Made by a program: the position numbers and the translations under genes | Shown here: positions 1-12,431 of the stretch, in pieces | How positions within the stretch are numbered: the first letter of the stretch is position 1 | Layout of the letters: each line of letters opens with the position of its first letter | Notes under the pieces: generated by a model | What the model was told of the DNA's origin: nothing | Database searches by the model: none | The model's input: only the letters and a program-made list of their open reading frames with translations | Source of the DNA: Camelus dromedarius | Taxonomy: Eukaryota | Reading direction: 5' to 3' | Assembly: GCF_036321535.1 (NCBI RefSeq) | Contig: NC_087436.1 | Location: forward strand, 113,400,001-113,460,000 | DNA: 60,000 nt

Positions 1-2033
1 ATTAAATTCTTTGCAACTCCCTATAGATCTCTTTGATCTTGTTCTCCTATATGAAAATTTCTCCAAGTGTGTTTTTTACATAAACTGCAATGCACAATCT
101 CTAGAAGTAGGGCCCTGAAACCTGCATGTTAAACATGCTCTCGGAGTTTGAGAACCTCTGTCCAGCTCAGGAGTTCTTAAGTTCCAAACTAAGTTCTCAT
201 ATCAGACTGTTAGAAATTTATACAAGTTATTTTGTTAACTCTTGTACTTCTAATTTTATAGTAAGGCAAGTAAAGAGAGTCAGAGGGAAAAGAAAAGTGT
301 CTTGAAGAGAAGAGACAAGAATTTACTTGGTACTACCAAGACCACTTGACCACGTAACACCTTACAGAAGTCATTCCTTATTTTCTCAGGGATTATTTTC
401 CTTAAAATAAGCAGAGATTTCTAGTTCAGGAGTCTTAGAAACAGGAGTTTAGTAGTCATGTAATAAAAATGATGCTAGATATACAAAAACACATAGTAAA
501 TAAAACATTTGAAAGGCATCCACTTCTAAAAATATGTTGGTATTGTAAAATCATGCTCTAAATCCTTTTTTCTAAATTCCCCTTAATTGTTTAGGGAACA
601 TTGGTAAAAACATCGTGACTTGCTGAGACAGATCCTCCCAAGAACTGTTATATAAACTGCATTTCTTCCTACTGTTCTCAAATCTTTTATGAGTTTAAAT
701 TAAACTTTTTTGTTTGTCCTTATGCTTTGGGGGAGGGGGGTAAGCAATTTTTGGTAAAAATGCTTACACAGTAAGACCGTTTTTGTAAACTGCTGAAGGC
801 ACAGAGGGAAGGGAGTTTAACAAGAATAACTGTCTTGTTCTTTTGTTTAAAGGAGAATGAATTGACCCACACATACATAAAACGATCACAGATTATTTAA
901 TATAGGTATGTAAATACAAATCTGCAAAATCACAAAACTGCCCTTGGCATAGCATGATTTACTTTAACCATTAAAAGTAAGTCACAGACAAACCATATTT
1001 GTCCTTCCTTTGAAAAGGAAAATAATTGTCAGAAACCAAGACAGTTATCAGAAAATGGGATATTAATGGTGAGAAACCACTGCAGAATAAATAAAACAGA
1101 CTGGTCAGTGCCACTTGTACTAAGGAAAGCGTAAGACAGTGTGTTAGTGTTCCCAATCCAGAGCATAAGACAGCACAGCCCGCACAGGGGGCTGGGCCGT
1201 GTCACACCCAATCAGCACCAGGCAGCCCCAAAGCAGCTATGCCAGGACTAGCCTGCTTTCAGTTCCTCAGTTGTGCCAAGCTCCTAAATACAACCTGGTC
1301 CCTCTGTCTAGCTGACACTTCCCCCAATATTTTTTCCATCTTTGTGCTGCTCAGGTTTCAGGTCTCAGCTCTCTTTACTCCACACGTACATAAGGTACCC
1401 CCACTTATTACCTCCCTATGCGCTTTATAGTCTCCTACATAGTATTTCTAACACTTGTGGTTATATGTACATATAATCTGTATGTATTATATGTATATAT
1501 TATTTTAGTATGTTATATGTATCTCTGTATATTACACAAGGTCTCTCTTTCCTCTTTAGGCTGTGCATTTCACAAGAACAGAGACCATGTCTATCTCAAA
1601 TAGTGCACAGCCAGGATCTTGGACACTGCCTGGTACAAAAGCAGCACACTTAGTGGAATTAAATGCAGTCAGAATTTCATCTTTTGTTGCCAACACTTCA
1701 CATCTATAAAGCCTCAACAAGACAAGACCAGACCCTTTCACCTGCTATGCTAGACCGGTAAAAACCTTAGCATTAAACAACGGAGGTTCCCTATTGACCT
1801 GTAAAACCCAGCAGGCTTGTATTTTGGGCTTAAGAGGGGGTGGGAGGGTCCTTTGTTAGTATAATCAGTCAGTTATCAGTCATGCCAATAACCTGTCATA
1901 GACTTTCTTTGGATTCCAGAGATCTGCTTGATTGCTTTTCTGTCTACCGGACATTAACTCTTACCTTAAGTAGTTTGTCTTTTCCGTTAAAAAAGTAGAA
2001 CCAAATGCAAATTTAGTTTCTGCCTTTCATCTC

Positions 2034-2559
2034 TGTGGAAGGCAGCCCCCATGATGGCCTCCACTGATCCTTGCCTCCTAGTTTTCAAAGCTCCTGAGTA
2101 GCAGACTCCTCCCCAGTGGAGCAGGGCTGGACCTAGGTAGCTAGCAGGATGTCATGGTAGGATGGTGTGAGATTTCTGAAGCTAAATCATAGAAGACACT
2201 GGAACATCTCTCTTGAGCTTTATCATTTGCTTTAGGGGGATGCAGCACCATGCTCTGAGGACACTCCAGCAGTCCTGTGGAGAGGTCCGCATGATCAATC
2301 AGTTCTCCTGCCAACAGCCTGCACTAACTTGCCAGCCACATGAGGAAGAGGATCCTCCACCCTTAGTCAAGCCTTCAGATGACTGCAGCCTCAGCTGATA
2401 CCCTGACTGCTCCCTCCTGAGATCCTCACCAGACACAACCAGCTAACGTGCTTCTGAATTCTAACCCACCGAAACTGGACTTGACAATAAATGTTTACTG
2501 TTGCTTTAAGCTACCAAATTTGGGGGTAATTAGTTACGTAGCAATAGGTAACTAAGACA
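2034..2559 (+). mobile_element. MaLR solo LTR (MLT1E/F-like)
   Basis: TGTGG...AAGACA termini; typical 3' end aataaatgtttactgttgctttaagctaccaaatttgggggtaattagttacgtagcaataggtaactaagaca; 5-bp TSD-like atctc/atctt. Confidence 0.8.
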
Positions 2560-4104
2560 ATCTTTCATCACTCAAGTTCACACAAAATTGTCTAGAAACT
2601 TTCACCGTTAATACAAAGGGAAACAAGAAATTTTTATTATTGTTCACTAGATCCCATAGTGAAAAAGCAAGTGGTTTTTTTTTTTGAAAACATTTTAAAA
2701 GGATAAAATAAGATTAGATTCATTCTATTTTTCAGAATAGAGAAAAGAATTTCCTTATATGGAATAGAGGGATGAAAAAATGAGACAGGAGAGGTGGGAT
2801 AGAAGCTGAAGTGATGCCCTAAAGACCAGGAAAGGAAAGGAGGGGAAACACATTCAGGGATTGGTTTCTTCCATTTGTCACAACTTTGCTTTAGCAGATT
2901 TTACTGGCCCAGTGCAAAGAAAACACGTAATGATTAGAGTGTCAGGAGGAAGATATACAATGTGTAATCCCAGAAGGCAGGGAGATTTGTACTAGTAATA
3001 AAAGGAAAGAAAACTAAGTGGCAGCACTTGGATATCAAGATCATTTTAAAAAGGTCTATGATAGCTATTTGGCAGAAGTACCAGTCGTATTTCTTTATTC
3101 TATGTAGAGAAGTTTTATCAAATGTTTTTTTCTCTATTTCCTGCCATAATAAATGTGGAACATAAAATACTCCAATTAGAAACACAGATTTGTCATCATG
3201 ATTCCTAAAGATGGTAGTGAGCACGTTTTTCCCCTTCCCACAGCCAAAGATAGTTTTTCTAACAAAAGAATTTTGAAGTCACTTGAGTTTTTTGTTTTTA
3301 ACTATTCAATTCCTCTTAGCCTTACACTGCTTCCATTTTCTTTTTCAAAGTCTCCTTTCTAGGTTTCCATCCACTTTTATTATAACACAGAAAAACTGAG
3401 ATAATTAATAGTGAGATAATTGATGTTTTCTCTTAACATGTTCAAAGGGCTATTTCAAGGAAGACTGGAAGAAACAACAAATGAAAAACTTCTAACTATC
3501 CACTGGTAACAGTTAATACTAACTTTATCTTGAATTAGAATTTCTAAGAGTTTTCTTTCTAGAGAAGGCAATCAAATAAACAGAGGGAAATTCTTCATAA
3601 TCACAGGCTGCTTGCCGGCTTCTATTCTTAAACAGTGGATCCAAGACAAATGCCACTGGAACCGTCAGGATAATGGTGGGGAAGAAGAAAAAAAAAACAA
3701 GACCTCAACTTCAGATACTCAAAAAACTAGGCTGAATTTTGGTTAGAAGCAACCTTCTCCTTCCCCAAAAAACAAACAAACAAACAAAAAGTATAGCTAT
3801 CTTTATTAGTTTTTGAGAATTCCACTGCCACACATCGCTGACAATCACTAATGATCCCCTGAGCTTCTCAAACTTCTTAAAAAAAGGAATTAAAAAGATA
3901 AGGAACTCCTTTACAAGCAAAATCTAGAGTCAGAACTAATGTTTAGCTATCTGATCAGTATTGCCAACTCAGCCAGAGCTATCACCTTGCTGTCAACTCT
4001 GAAGTTCTAGAGTTTGTAGGCTAACTCTTGGAAGGGAACTCCTACCTGGCTCTACAAAATTAAAAACAGAAAGATTACAAAGTAACCCAGGCTTGTGATT
4101 CAGT

Positions 4105-4245
4105 GAGAGATCCTGAGCCAGAACCAACCAGTTGAGCGGCTCCTGAATTCCTGATGCACAGGAACTGCGTGAGGTAATCAATGCCTAGTGCTGTTTTAAG
4201 CTGCTACGTTTCAGGCTTATTTGTTATGCAGCAACAGACAACTAT
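4105..4245 (+). mobile_element. MLT1 LTR 3' fragment (duplicated copy of the upstream LTR end)
   Basis: tgttttaagctgctacgtttcaggcttatttgttatgcagcaacagacaacta resembles an MLT1 3' end and shares its flank with the 2034-2559 element. Confidence 0.7.
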
Positions 4246-4941
4246 TATCTCTCATCACTCAAGTTTACACAGTTTGCCAGATATTCACCATTAATATAAA
4301 AAGGCAAGGAGATATACTGTATAAAGAAATGTAAAATAATTACTAACATGTAATGTGCAGACAAATGAAAACAAGTGTGTTAACAGAATTTCTTCAGATA
4401 CAGTTTACTAACTGTGATAAGACCAATAGTGTAAGATCAGTGGGGCTGATTCTTTTTCCTAACTTGCTCCAATTTTTATGAATAGCTTCTCTGCCTCAAA
4501 ACCTTTTAAAAACCCCATATGACAAGTAGAAGAAAACTGAGAAAGAAGTTATCAAAGGACAATTATAGGCAGGAACCACTGCAAGCTGTGAATGCAAATA
4601 TTTCAAGAAAGTTATTTTTTCATATTTCTGTATTTGACAGCATTCTATAATAGTGACTATACTATAATGCCTTTACATCCAATCTTCATCCTTTGGTGAA
4701 CTAACAAGTATCTCTAAACAGTGGCTTTTCCTTAAATAACAAGTCAAGACACATAGGTTTACATTTCTCTTTGTATAAATCAACATAAAACTGAATAGGC
4801 TACAAAGGTTCTGATTAACAAACTTGTAACAGAATTTTATAGAGGAGATAGGTGTTACCTAGCGCTCATTTTCATGTAAAAAGTGGTAAAATAAGCAGAC
4901 AAATCAGTAGATACAAAACTTTTTTTAAAAAAGTCACCTAC

Positions 4942-5032
4942 CCTTAAGAGGATCATGCTCTGCTCTCATAATGTCAATGAGAGAATTTTCCAGAGAGTGC
5001 ATGTTCAAACTGTCATACATTCTACTTCGATC
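4942..5032 (-). CDS. CPEB2: CPEB2 coding exon (91 nt)
   Basis: Strong acceptor tttttttttcttctctcctag|GAT. Encodes DRSRMYDSLNMHSLENSLIDIMRAEHDPLK+G. Donor AAGG|GTAGGT, phase 1. The next exon is outside the window. Confidence 0.96.
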
Positions 5033-6169
5033 CTAGGAGAGAAGAAAAAAAAAGAATATAACCTATGCAATTTTTTCAAAAAGCGATGATTAATACACTA
5101 TCTAAACACTCTTACAGGACACCTAACTAATACAATACTACCAGTCAGTTTGCATCCCAAGACAATGTCAACAACTGAGGCTCTCATGAGCTGTAGTAGC
5201 TCCTGTACTGGAGGACAACACATGTAATACATTTATCTCCAAAATCACATATCAAAAGTAATCTTATTTCACTGGCAGTAGAAATGCAATACAGTAAAAT
5301 AATTTCTATCATTATCATTCTCAATTTATAAAGATCCTAAAATATTACACACAGAGAAAACATTTTTAGTTGTTATTTAACTTCTAAACTTTTCTTCTAT
5401 GTCTAGGAATACAGACACTGGTGACACTTGAAAAATAAACACTTGGGAGGAAAGGGCTTAATTCTCCATTGCGCACCATACTTTAAACATCCATCAAACA
5501 CTGTATGTTATTTAACTTAATAGTCAGAATTTCACAATAATGAATGCATAAACATCTTAAACAGCAAAAATCAAAAGCATGAAATACTAGTATCAGAACA
5601 AGAACTAATATCTAGAATACTTATATTTAAATCTTGTTCTCTGAAATTCTCATATTTTGGTCTCCACATTTCTAAACCTTCCCTCTCCTCCACCCATCCC
5701 TGCAAAAAAGGAAGGTGGGGGAGAAAAGGGTGAAAGCATTCTCATCAGAGAAAATTTTCTACATCATCAAGTCTCAGAACAAAGTCTTTTGTGTAGCTGG
5801 AAGTTTTGTTTGCTGAAATGCTAAATCCCTCAACTTGCTTACTAGAAGGAATTTGATTCTTTAAAGCTCATGAATTTATACTGTATTCTGCTCAACATAC
5901 ACTCAGTATACTTGAACAAATATATATAGGGACCCACCACAGCGAGCCCTGACCTGTGCCCCCTGATAAACAGGTAGTCTACTCCCAAAATATGTCAGTG
6001 CCAACTCCCACCCATTTAGGGGTGTGTGTGTATGTGTGCTTGCACAAGTGTATGTAAATGAGGGAGAGGCAGGGCAAACCATTTTTGATTCTTAAAAAAT
6101 GATTAACACAGAAATAAAAAAGAGAAGAATCAGAAAAGTGGGAAAAAAACTCTCCACAGAAATCAGACT

Positions 6170-6345
6170 GAGGTACTTCTCAAACTGGGTCCCTGAGCTT
6201 CAAGAAGGACCAAGAAACTGTGAGATTATATATAATGTCCTGTACGTGCGTATACATGTAATTTTTTTTTTTTTTCTGAAAGGTTTAGGGCTTTCATCAG
6301 GTTTCCAAAGGAGCCCACAATGCAGAGAAGATTCAGAGCCAGTCT
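6170..6345. mobile_element. hAT-Charlie-type non-autonomous DNA transposon fossil
   Basis: Starts ttctcaaactgggtcc and ends ctttcatcaggtttccaaaggagcccac...gattcagagccagt, with degenerate hAT-like termini. Confidence 0.5.
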
Positions 6346-6703
6346 CTTAGGAAGCGGAGGGAAAAACAAGAAATTTTCCTGAGACTATGCTGACTTTTCT
6401 ACTCTACTTCGATGTTTACATGAGTATTGTCAGCTTTTTTAAAGCTAGGGGGCCAGAAACACTACTGCAGACTAAACAAGTCGCTGTCAAGGAATTTGAA
6501 AGTGTGAAAAGTTTAACACTCAATGATGGAAAGAATGCTAGACCTGGAGGCTCTTACTGGAGCTTTGTCAATAAATAGCTACACTAGTATTCCTTATTTT
6601 TACTTAAAGTCTCCTGAGGTATAACACACCCATCAGTGATAGGTGTTCACTAGAACAATGACCTTAGGGAGGGAGGCACCGAGAATCACTGAGCTGTATG
6701 CAA

Positions 6704-6892
6704 CAGTGGTTCTCAAACTTGAGTATGCTTCAGAATCATCTGGAAGGCCTGTTAAACACACATAGCTTGCTGGGACTCATCAAGAGACTGATTCAGTATG
6801 TTTGGCGTGGCTCCTGAGAATACGTATTTCAAATAATTTCCCAAGTGATACTGACACTGCTGGTCCAAAAGACCATACTTTAAGAAGAACTG
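6704..6892 (+). mobile_element. MER5A (hAT-Charlie MITE)
   Basis: cagtggttctcaaacttgagtatgcttcagaatcatctggaaggcctgttaaa...gctggtccaaaagaccatactttaagaagaactg; ~190 bp with TIRs. Confidence 0.85.
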
Positions 6893-7621
6893 AGCCAAAC
6901 CTTTCTTAGGTTCTGTTCCATCTTCTAGGAAATAAAATTATCATGTCAAATTAAATGATGCCTAAAGTCCACTTTAAAAATAACAGAAGTAATAGAAAAG
7001 CAAAAGACTCAAAGTAGTACATAATAAATGAAAGTGGACTAGAGAAGAGCATGGCCCTCGTACAAAAATGACATACAATTTTAGTAATCTAACCAAATAT
7101 TTCCATTTTTTTGTGCTTCTACTGTACTTGGTTCATAACTGACTTGGTTTTCCTGACTCTCCCATTAAACTTTAAAGTTAATTTGGGGTAAGGACCTCCT
7201 AATTATGGAAAAACTCTCTCTCAAATATTTGTTCAGTGAACAGTATTTTATCTCTAACATAAAAACTCTCCAAAAATGTTTAAGTTTAGCTCAGTTAGGA
7301 CAAAGACTATACTTTTAACTGGTAATTATAAAGGACTACAAAGACTTCTCAGAATGCTCCACAGAATAGGTACTCAACCGTTAAGTGATAAACTGAGACA
7401 AGGATCAGATATAAAGGAAGCCTAACAAACTGCCATTAGTTTAAAAGCTAAATGGAAATCCTCAAACCATTTTAAAGTAACTGTAAATGCACTGATGCTG
7501 ATTAGCATAAATAACGATGGAAAATCATAGCAATGTAACTTACATTTATTACCATATGGCTATTTGAAAATAGCCAAGATATTTCACAAAAGTAAGAATC
7601 TCTAACAGGGAAAGTTTACCC

Positions 7622-7791
7622 AAATCTATTTTATTTTATTTTACCAATAAAACTGCATTCATTCATTCATTCATTCATTCATTCATTCATTTATTGAGTT
7701 ATTGAGTTATTTATTGAGTTACTGAGTTACTGGGTTATTGAGTTATTGAGTCATAGTCAGTTTACAATGTTGTGTGCCTAAATCTATTTTA
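7622..7791 (-). mobile_element. Very short 5'-truncated L1 insertion with microsatellite-converted tail and TSD
   Basis: Direct repeat aaatctatttta at 7622-7633 and 7780-7791. L1 3'-end motif atagtcagtttacaatgttgtgt, with (CATT)n and (TTATTGAG)n in the tail. Confidence 0.7.
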
Positions 7792-8753
7792 AATATGAAA
7801 GGTGTGAGGCAAAGAATCAACTAAACGGGCTTTCAGAAACAGAGATTACAGAATCCCACAACAATGAACAGGCAAAAATTAGAAGAGATTGGTGGAAAAA
7901 CTATAATCTCTTATATTTTAGCATTTTATTGTTTTCTTAAACCCAGACATATGCCACAAAAACTATGGAAACAACAATGAAGTCCTAGAAAGACCAAAAC
8001 ACACAGGAAGAACAAAGTCATCCTAATTTTAAAAAAAGATGAGCTGAGAAAGATTATAAACTCTGAAAAATAACTAATGAGGTCAACAACAATAGTAAAA
8101 CACAACAAAGGAACTTAAACTTAATTAAAATGGAACTTTTCATGGGTTATATTTTTGCTTAGATATATTCAAAACCGTGTTCTATTAAAAAAGCAGTAAA
8201 GTAAAATTTGTTCCTTTGACAACGATATAGCTTCCCTAAGAAAAAGGAGATGGATTACAGAAAAAGCCTGTATCATCATATTTCAAGTTATACCAGATGC
8301 TTGAGCCTATATATTCTTCTGCCTAAGTAGAAAAATCAGCTTTTGTTTTATTTTTGTGTTTAGTTCTCCAATTTTTGATTTAAAATAAAAAAAAGCAAAG
8401 TTGTACTAATATTGTTCTCAATTTTAAGTAACTACTGATCACATATTGCTGATTATACTGTCTGCTACTGAACCATAGTGAATCAGCAGCAGACGATGTG
8501 CTGCTTTGCCTCCCTGCACAGCGTGGCTCAGTCTCATACTCTCCCACATCATTCTCTAGCTGTTCCACACAGATATCCCTTATTCATCCAACTGGACTTT
8601 CACCTTCTCAGAGGCAAAGAACAGTATTTCCTCCCATATATCCCTGAGGGCAATTAAAGCACTACCACCACATACATATATAATGAATATACATTTCTTG
8701 AGCTTCCTTTATTATTGTGATCTGCACGAAGTAGAAAAGAAAAAAAAAAGCTA

Positions 8754-8797
8754 TGTGTATGTGTTTGTGTGTATATATATACACATATATGTGTGTG

Positions 8798-8852
<55 letters not shown>

Positions 8853-8853
8853 G
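8754..8853. repeat. Compound (TG)n/(TA)n microsatellite
   Basis: Directly visible dinucleotide runs. Confidence 0.95.
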
Positions 8854-11800
8854 TTTAAAGGCCCCAAATGGCCAAAGCCACAATGGTTAAGGAAAACGGA
8901 AAGGTAAGTAGAAAACGTCTGGTATAAGAATGGGTTGAGTACCATTAAAGAACTGAACACAGGATAGGAAATATAAAAAGCATCCAATACTTAAATATAT
9001 ATAAGAGATCCCATTCTGTCCCATTTTCAGCAGGTGCGACAGTTTGATAACTACCAATGTCCATAAAACTCATTTAGTTGAAGAACCACAATTTAAGGAG
9101 TGCTTTATTAAATGAAAAATTGGTCTGTTACTATATATTGTTTTTTGTGTAAGGTTAATAAAGTCTCCAAATGATGTATTTTTCTGAGACCCTCATGTTA
9201 TCATTTATCATTTTATCCTAATAGCCTGGATGTTAAAGATTAGTAGAAAATATCTTCTATTAATTCAAGGTGGTTTATGCGACGTGCTAAGGAACTGCAG
9301 GCAGAACTTCTGTAAGAACAGAAGTCCACAGCCAAGCACATAGGTAATTCCCCAGCTGGAGAACAGGTCAACACCCACAGGCCTCACGGGCTCTATCAGT
9401 TTTAAAGGCATGATACTGCTTCACTTAGAGATCTGAGATGCCAAATGTACATTTGTAAGTAATAACCGCAGCTACTGATATATTACTCTTGGAATTAAAA
9501 CATTCAATATTAATGAATAAATATACTGTAGCCTTAATATCTACTTGAAAAATCAATTTTAAGGTAACTTAGAACTCATACTGTCGGGTATCACTTCTTG
9601 CATGAGTAACCATCTGAGTTTTTTAAAAGAAGTAATTATTAGCCTTAAAAATTAATAGAAATATGTAACATTTGTTTTAAAGTCACAAATGTGTATAACA
9701 ATTTACATTTGTTTTTTAAAAGTTTTAAATTCGAAGCTATTCCATAAAAAACATGCTATTTTAAATAAGGAAATGCCAACCTGAAAAATTTTACATACAA
9801 CTGAAATAAAACTAATCTATAAAACTATTTCTTTCTCATTTACTAAATTCAATTACATGTCCAGCTCTTAGTGTAGGTAAGGCCTGAAGTATCCAGGTAT
9901 TAGAATTAAGATATTAGTTCTAGAATTTAGTATATTTTAGGCCTAAGTCAATTTGAGACTAAAGGAATTAAAAAGTTAAATGTTTTTAAATAATGTATTT
10001 GTTAACTAAAATATATTAGTATTAAAATGCTGTATATGATGAAAACAGAGCAGAAATGAAAATAATGTCCCCAGATATTTAAGTCTCTTAAGTATTTTCT
10101 ATAATTTTAACTTTGCCAAAGACTAAGGAACTACTCAGCTGTTTAAGATACCAATTGCAGTTTCTAGCTGCTGCTGTATTTCTAAGAACCTCAACTTCAA
10201 ATACCTCAACCTTTTATGGAAAGATAGAAACAGAACAAATTTTGTGTAATAAATACTCTTAGGGTATTCAAAGGAGATAGCAACATTGCTTTTAAGACCA
10301 GGTGGGATGGAAGGTCATACAGGACACCTCCACTGCCTAGGACCAATGCCCACCTCTTCCCCCCAATAAACCAAAACCTTCGTATTCTAAAAATAAAGGA
10401 ATGGGGGGAGGGGAGTGGGGAGCAGGGAGCAAAAGAAATGGCCACAATAGATGAAAGAAAGTATAAGAGTTGACCAAAAAGGCCTTACATGATCTAGTTC
10501 AAGGTCCTACTTTTATAAATAAGGAAACCATGACCCAAAGATATGAAAGCCCATAAACTGTGTCATTCAATGTTATAAAGATTGTGAGAGGAAGAATAAG
10601 AAGATTCAGGTTTCAGACCTCCTTTGCTTCTAGTTCAGTTCACTTTCCACTATCTTTTTCTTCACCATTCTCTTCAACTTCATCACATCACACTGCTGGC
10701 TCAGAGTCCACAAGGAATGCCAATTATCTTAGCAGTTTACAAAAAAAAAAAAAAATCCTTAAGCATTAAAATCCTTTTTTTCTAAAATGAATTTACTTAA
10801 AATCCCAGGTTATAAAATTGGTGAGAGCAGAGAGGCTTTGAATGACGTCTAAGTGGGAGGGCTGATGGCCCTCATCCTGTGGCAGCCCCAGGGGCACTCC
10901 GCAGAGCCCAGTTTGAAAATTTCCCTTCATTATCACCTCTACCTACTCTGAAGCATTATTCTATCGACTGAAGCCTTCTTAATGACCTAATTTCTCAACA
11001 TCTGTTCCCCATCCCCCTGGATCCTTCACAGCAGCTCATCTGTCTTCTTTTTCCTCCACAGATACATATTCCTTTCATATATGTATCCTCTTGCTTCTTC
11101 CTGCACAAGCTCTTCAAATAATTATGTCCTTTCCTATCTAAAACATGTCCCTTGCCACCTTCAAAATAATTACCATAATTTTCCTCTTCTAACATACCAT
11201 CTCCTAGGCATTTACGTATTTAATTTGAAAACCATAAAAATGCTACCATAAAAATGTCACTAATAAAGCCTATCTGAGCCAGAGTGGAGAAGAAAGTAGA
11301 AATAGATGGATAACATTACAACATTAACAAGACAATCAATTGCAAATTACATGAGATAAATACTGGCAGGAGTATTCTGGCAAATAGGTAGTACTTGTTT
11401 AAAACAAGTGCTAATGGTTGATTATTGAAGTTACTGCCAACACTCCATATTTGAATGCTATTTACAAATGTAATATTAATCTATTTATTCAGTCCTTACT
11501 TGTAAAATCATCTCAAGTTGATAAAGTAACTAAGGATAACATAGCTCCATTCAGTGGACTCTCACAAAGTCAAGTCTATGCTCATTCAAACTCGGGCTCT
11601 GTAGGAAAGGATCTTTATATGTGAGGACTGAGTGTTCTGTTTGTCCTGTAATAATTCTCATCACCTGGGACCCAGTATGCATTCAAATTTCATCTGTAGG
11701 AAGAGAGACAGCATTTTGTAACCACAAAGGACTTGAAGGTAATTTGATTAAGACTGACTCTCAGCTTTTTGACTCAGAGCTTTTCCATAGGAAGCTAATT

Positions 11801-12341
11801 ATTTGGAAGAAGACAGTATATAATAGCAGTATCAAAGTTTAGAATAGAGAAATGCTGTAAAGTTTTTTTATAAAGGTGAAAAACTAAACTAACAGGGTTT
11901 AGAAAACTCAAGGCAAATACAGCAGATATCATGAAAAAAGTTTATTAAAAATTCTGTAAGACATTTATGAAATGTAAAATTAAATGCTAAGTAAACATAT
12001 GATTTTGTACCTAATTGCAAATGATTCTGAAAAGAGATAAAATATGTTCAGTTTGACTGATGTTTAAAGTCAGGTGCTCTTGGGTATATGATTCTCTTTT
12101 CCAAAAACAAATTTATTATGTTTAGGAAATATAAAATGATTATGAACTACTTTTAAATTTAAAAACAAAACATCTTATATTAAATAGTTAAGTCAAGTGA
12201 CCCTTTAAAAGTAAATTGCTTTAACACTCTCTGACATATGCTTAAATAGCTATAATTGGAAAGTAAATAATAAATCCTACTTATAATACAAATACTAAAC
12301 TCCTAGCCAAAATCCTGAGAAATACACACTGTGCAGCCTAC

Positions 12342-12431
12342 CTGGTCTATTCTGGATGTTCCGGCTGCAGTGCACCAACTATCTTGGAGTGAATCTGAGC
12401 CCCAAGCTGGCAACTGCAAACTAGATCTCAC
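12342..12431 (-). CDS. CPEB2: CPEB2 90-nt alternative (cassette) exon, 30 aa
   Basis: Manual translation gives VRSSLQLPAWGSDSLQDSWCTAAGTSRIDQ, matching the CPEB2B-type 30-aa insert as I recall it. Acceptor ctattgaag|GTG, donor CAG|GTAGGC, putative branch point ttctgAt (A at 12455). Too short to appear in the ORF track. Confidence 0.95.

Noticed and set aside
1145..1260. GC-richer patch with two CCAAT boxes in the intron
   Set aside because: There is no CpG island or other promoter evidence, and short motifs are expected by chance.
7656..7752. CRISPR-like or other regularly spaced repeat array
   Set aside because: These are simple tandem microsatellites without unique spacers, in a mammalian context.
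8662..8987. Ile/Tyr-rich ORFs
   Set aside because: They are translations of the (TA)n/(TG)n microsatellite.
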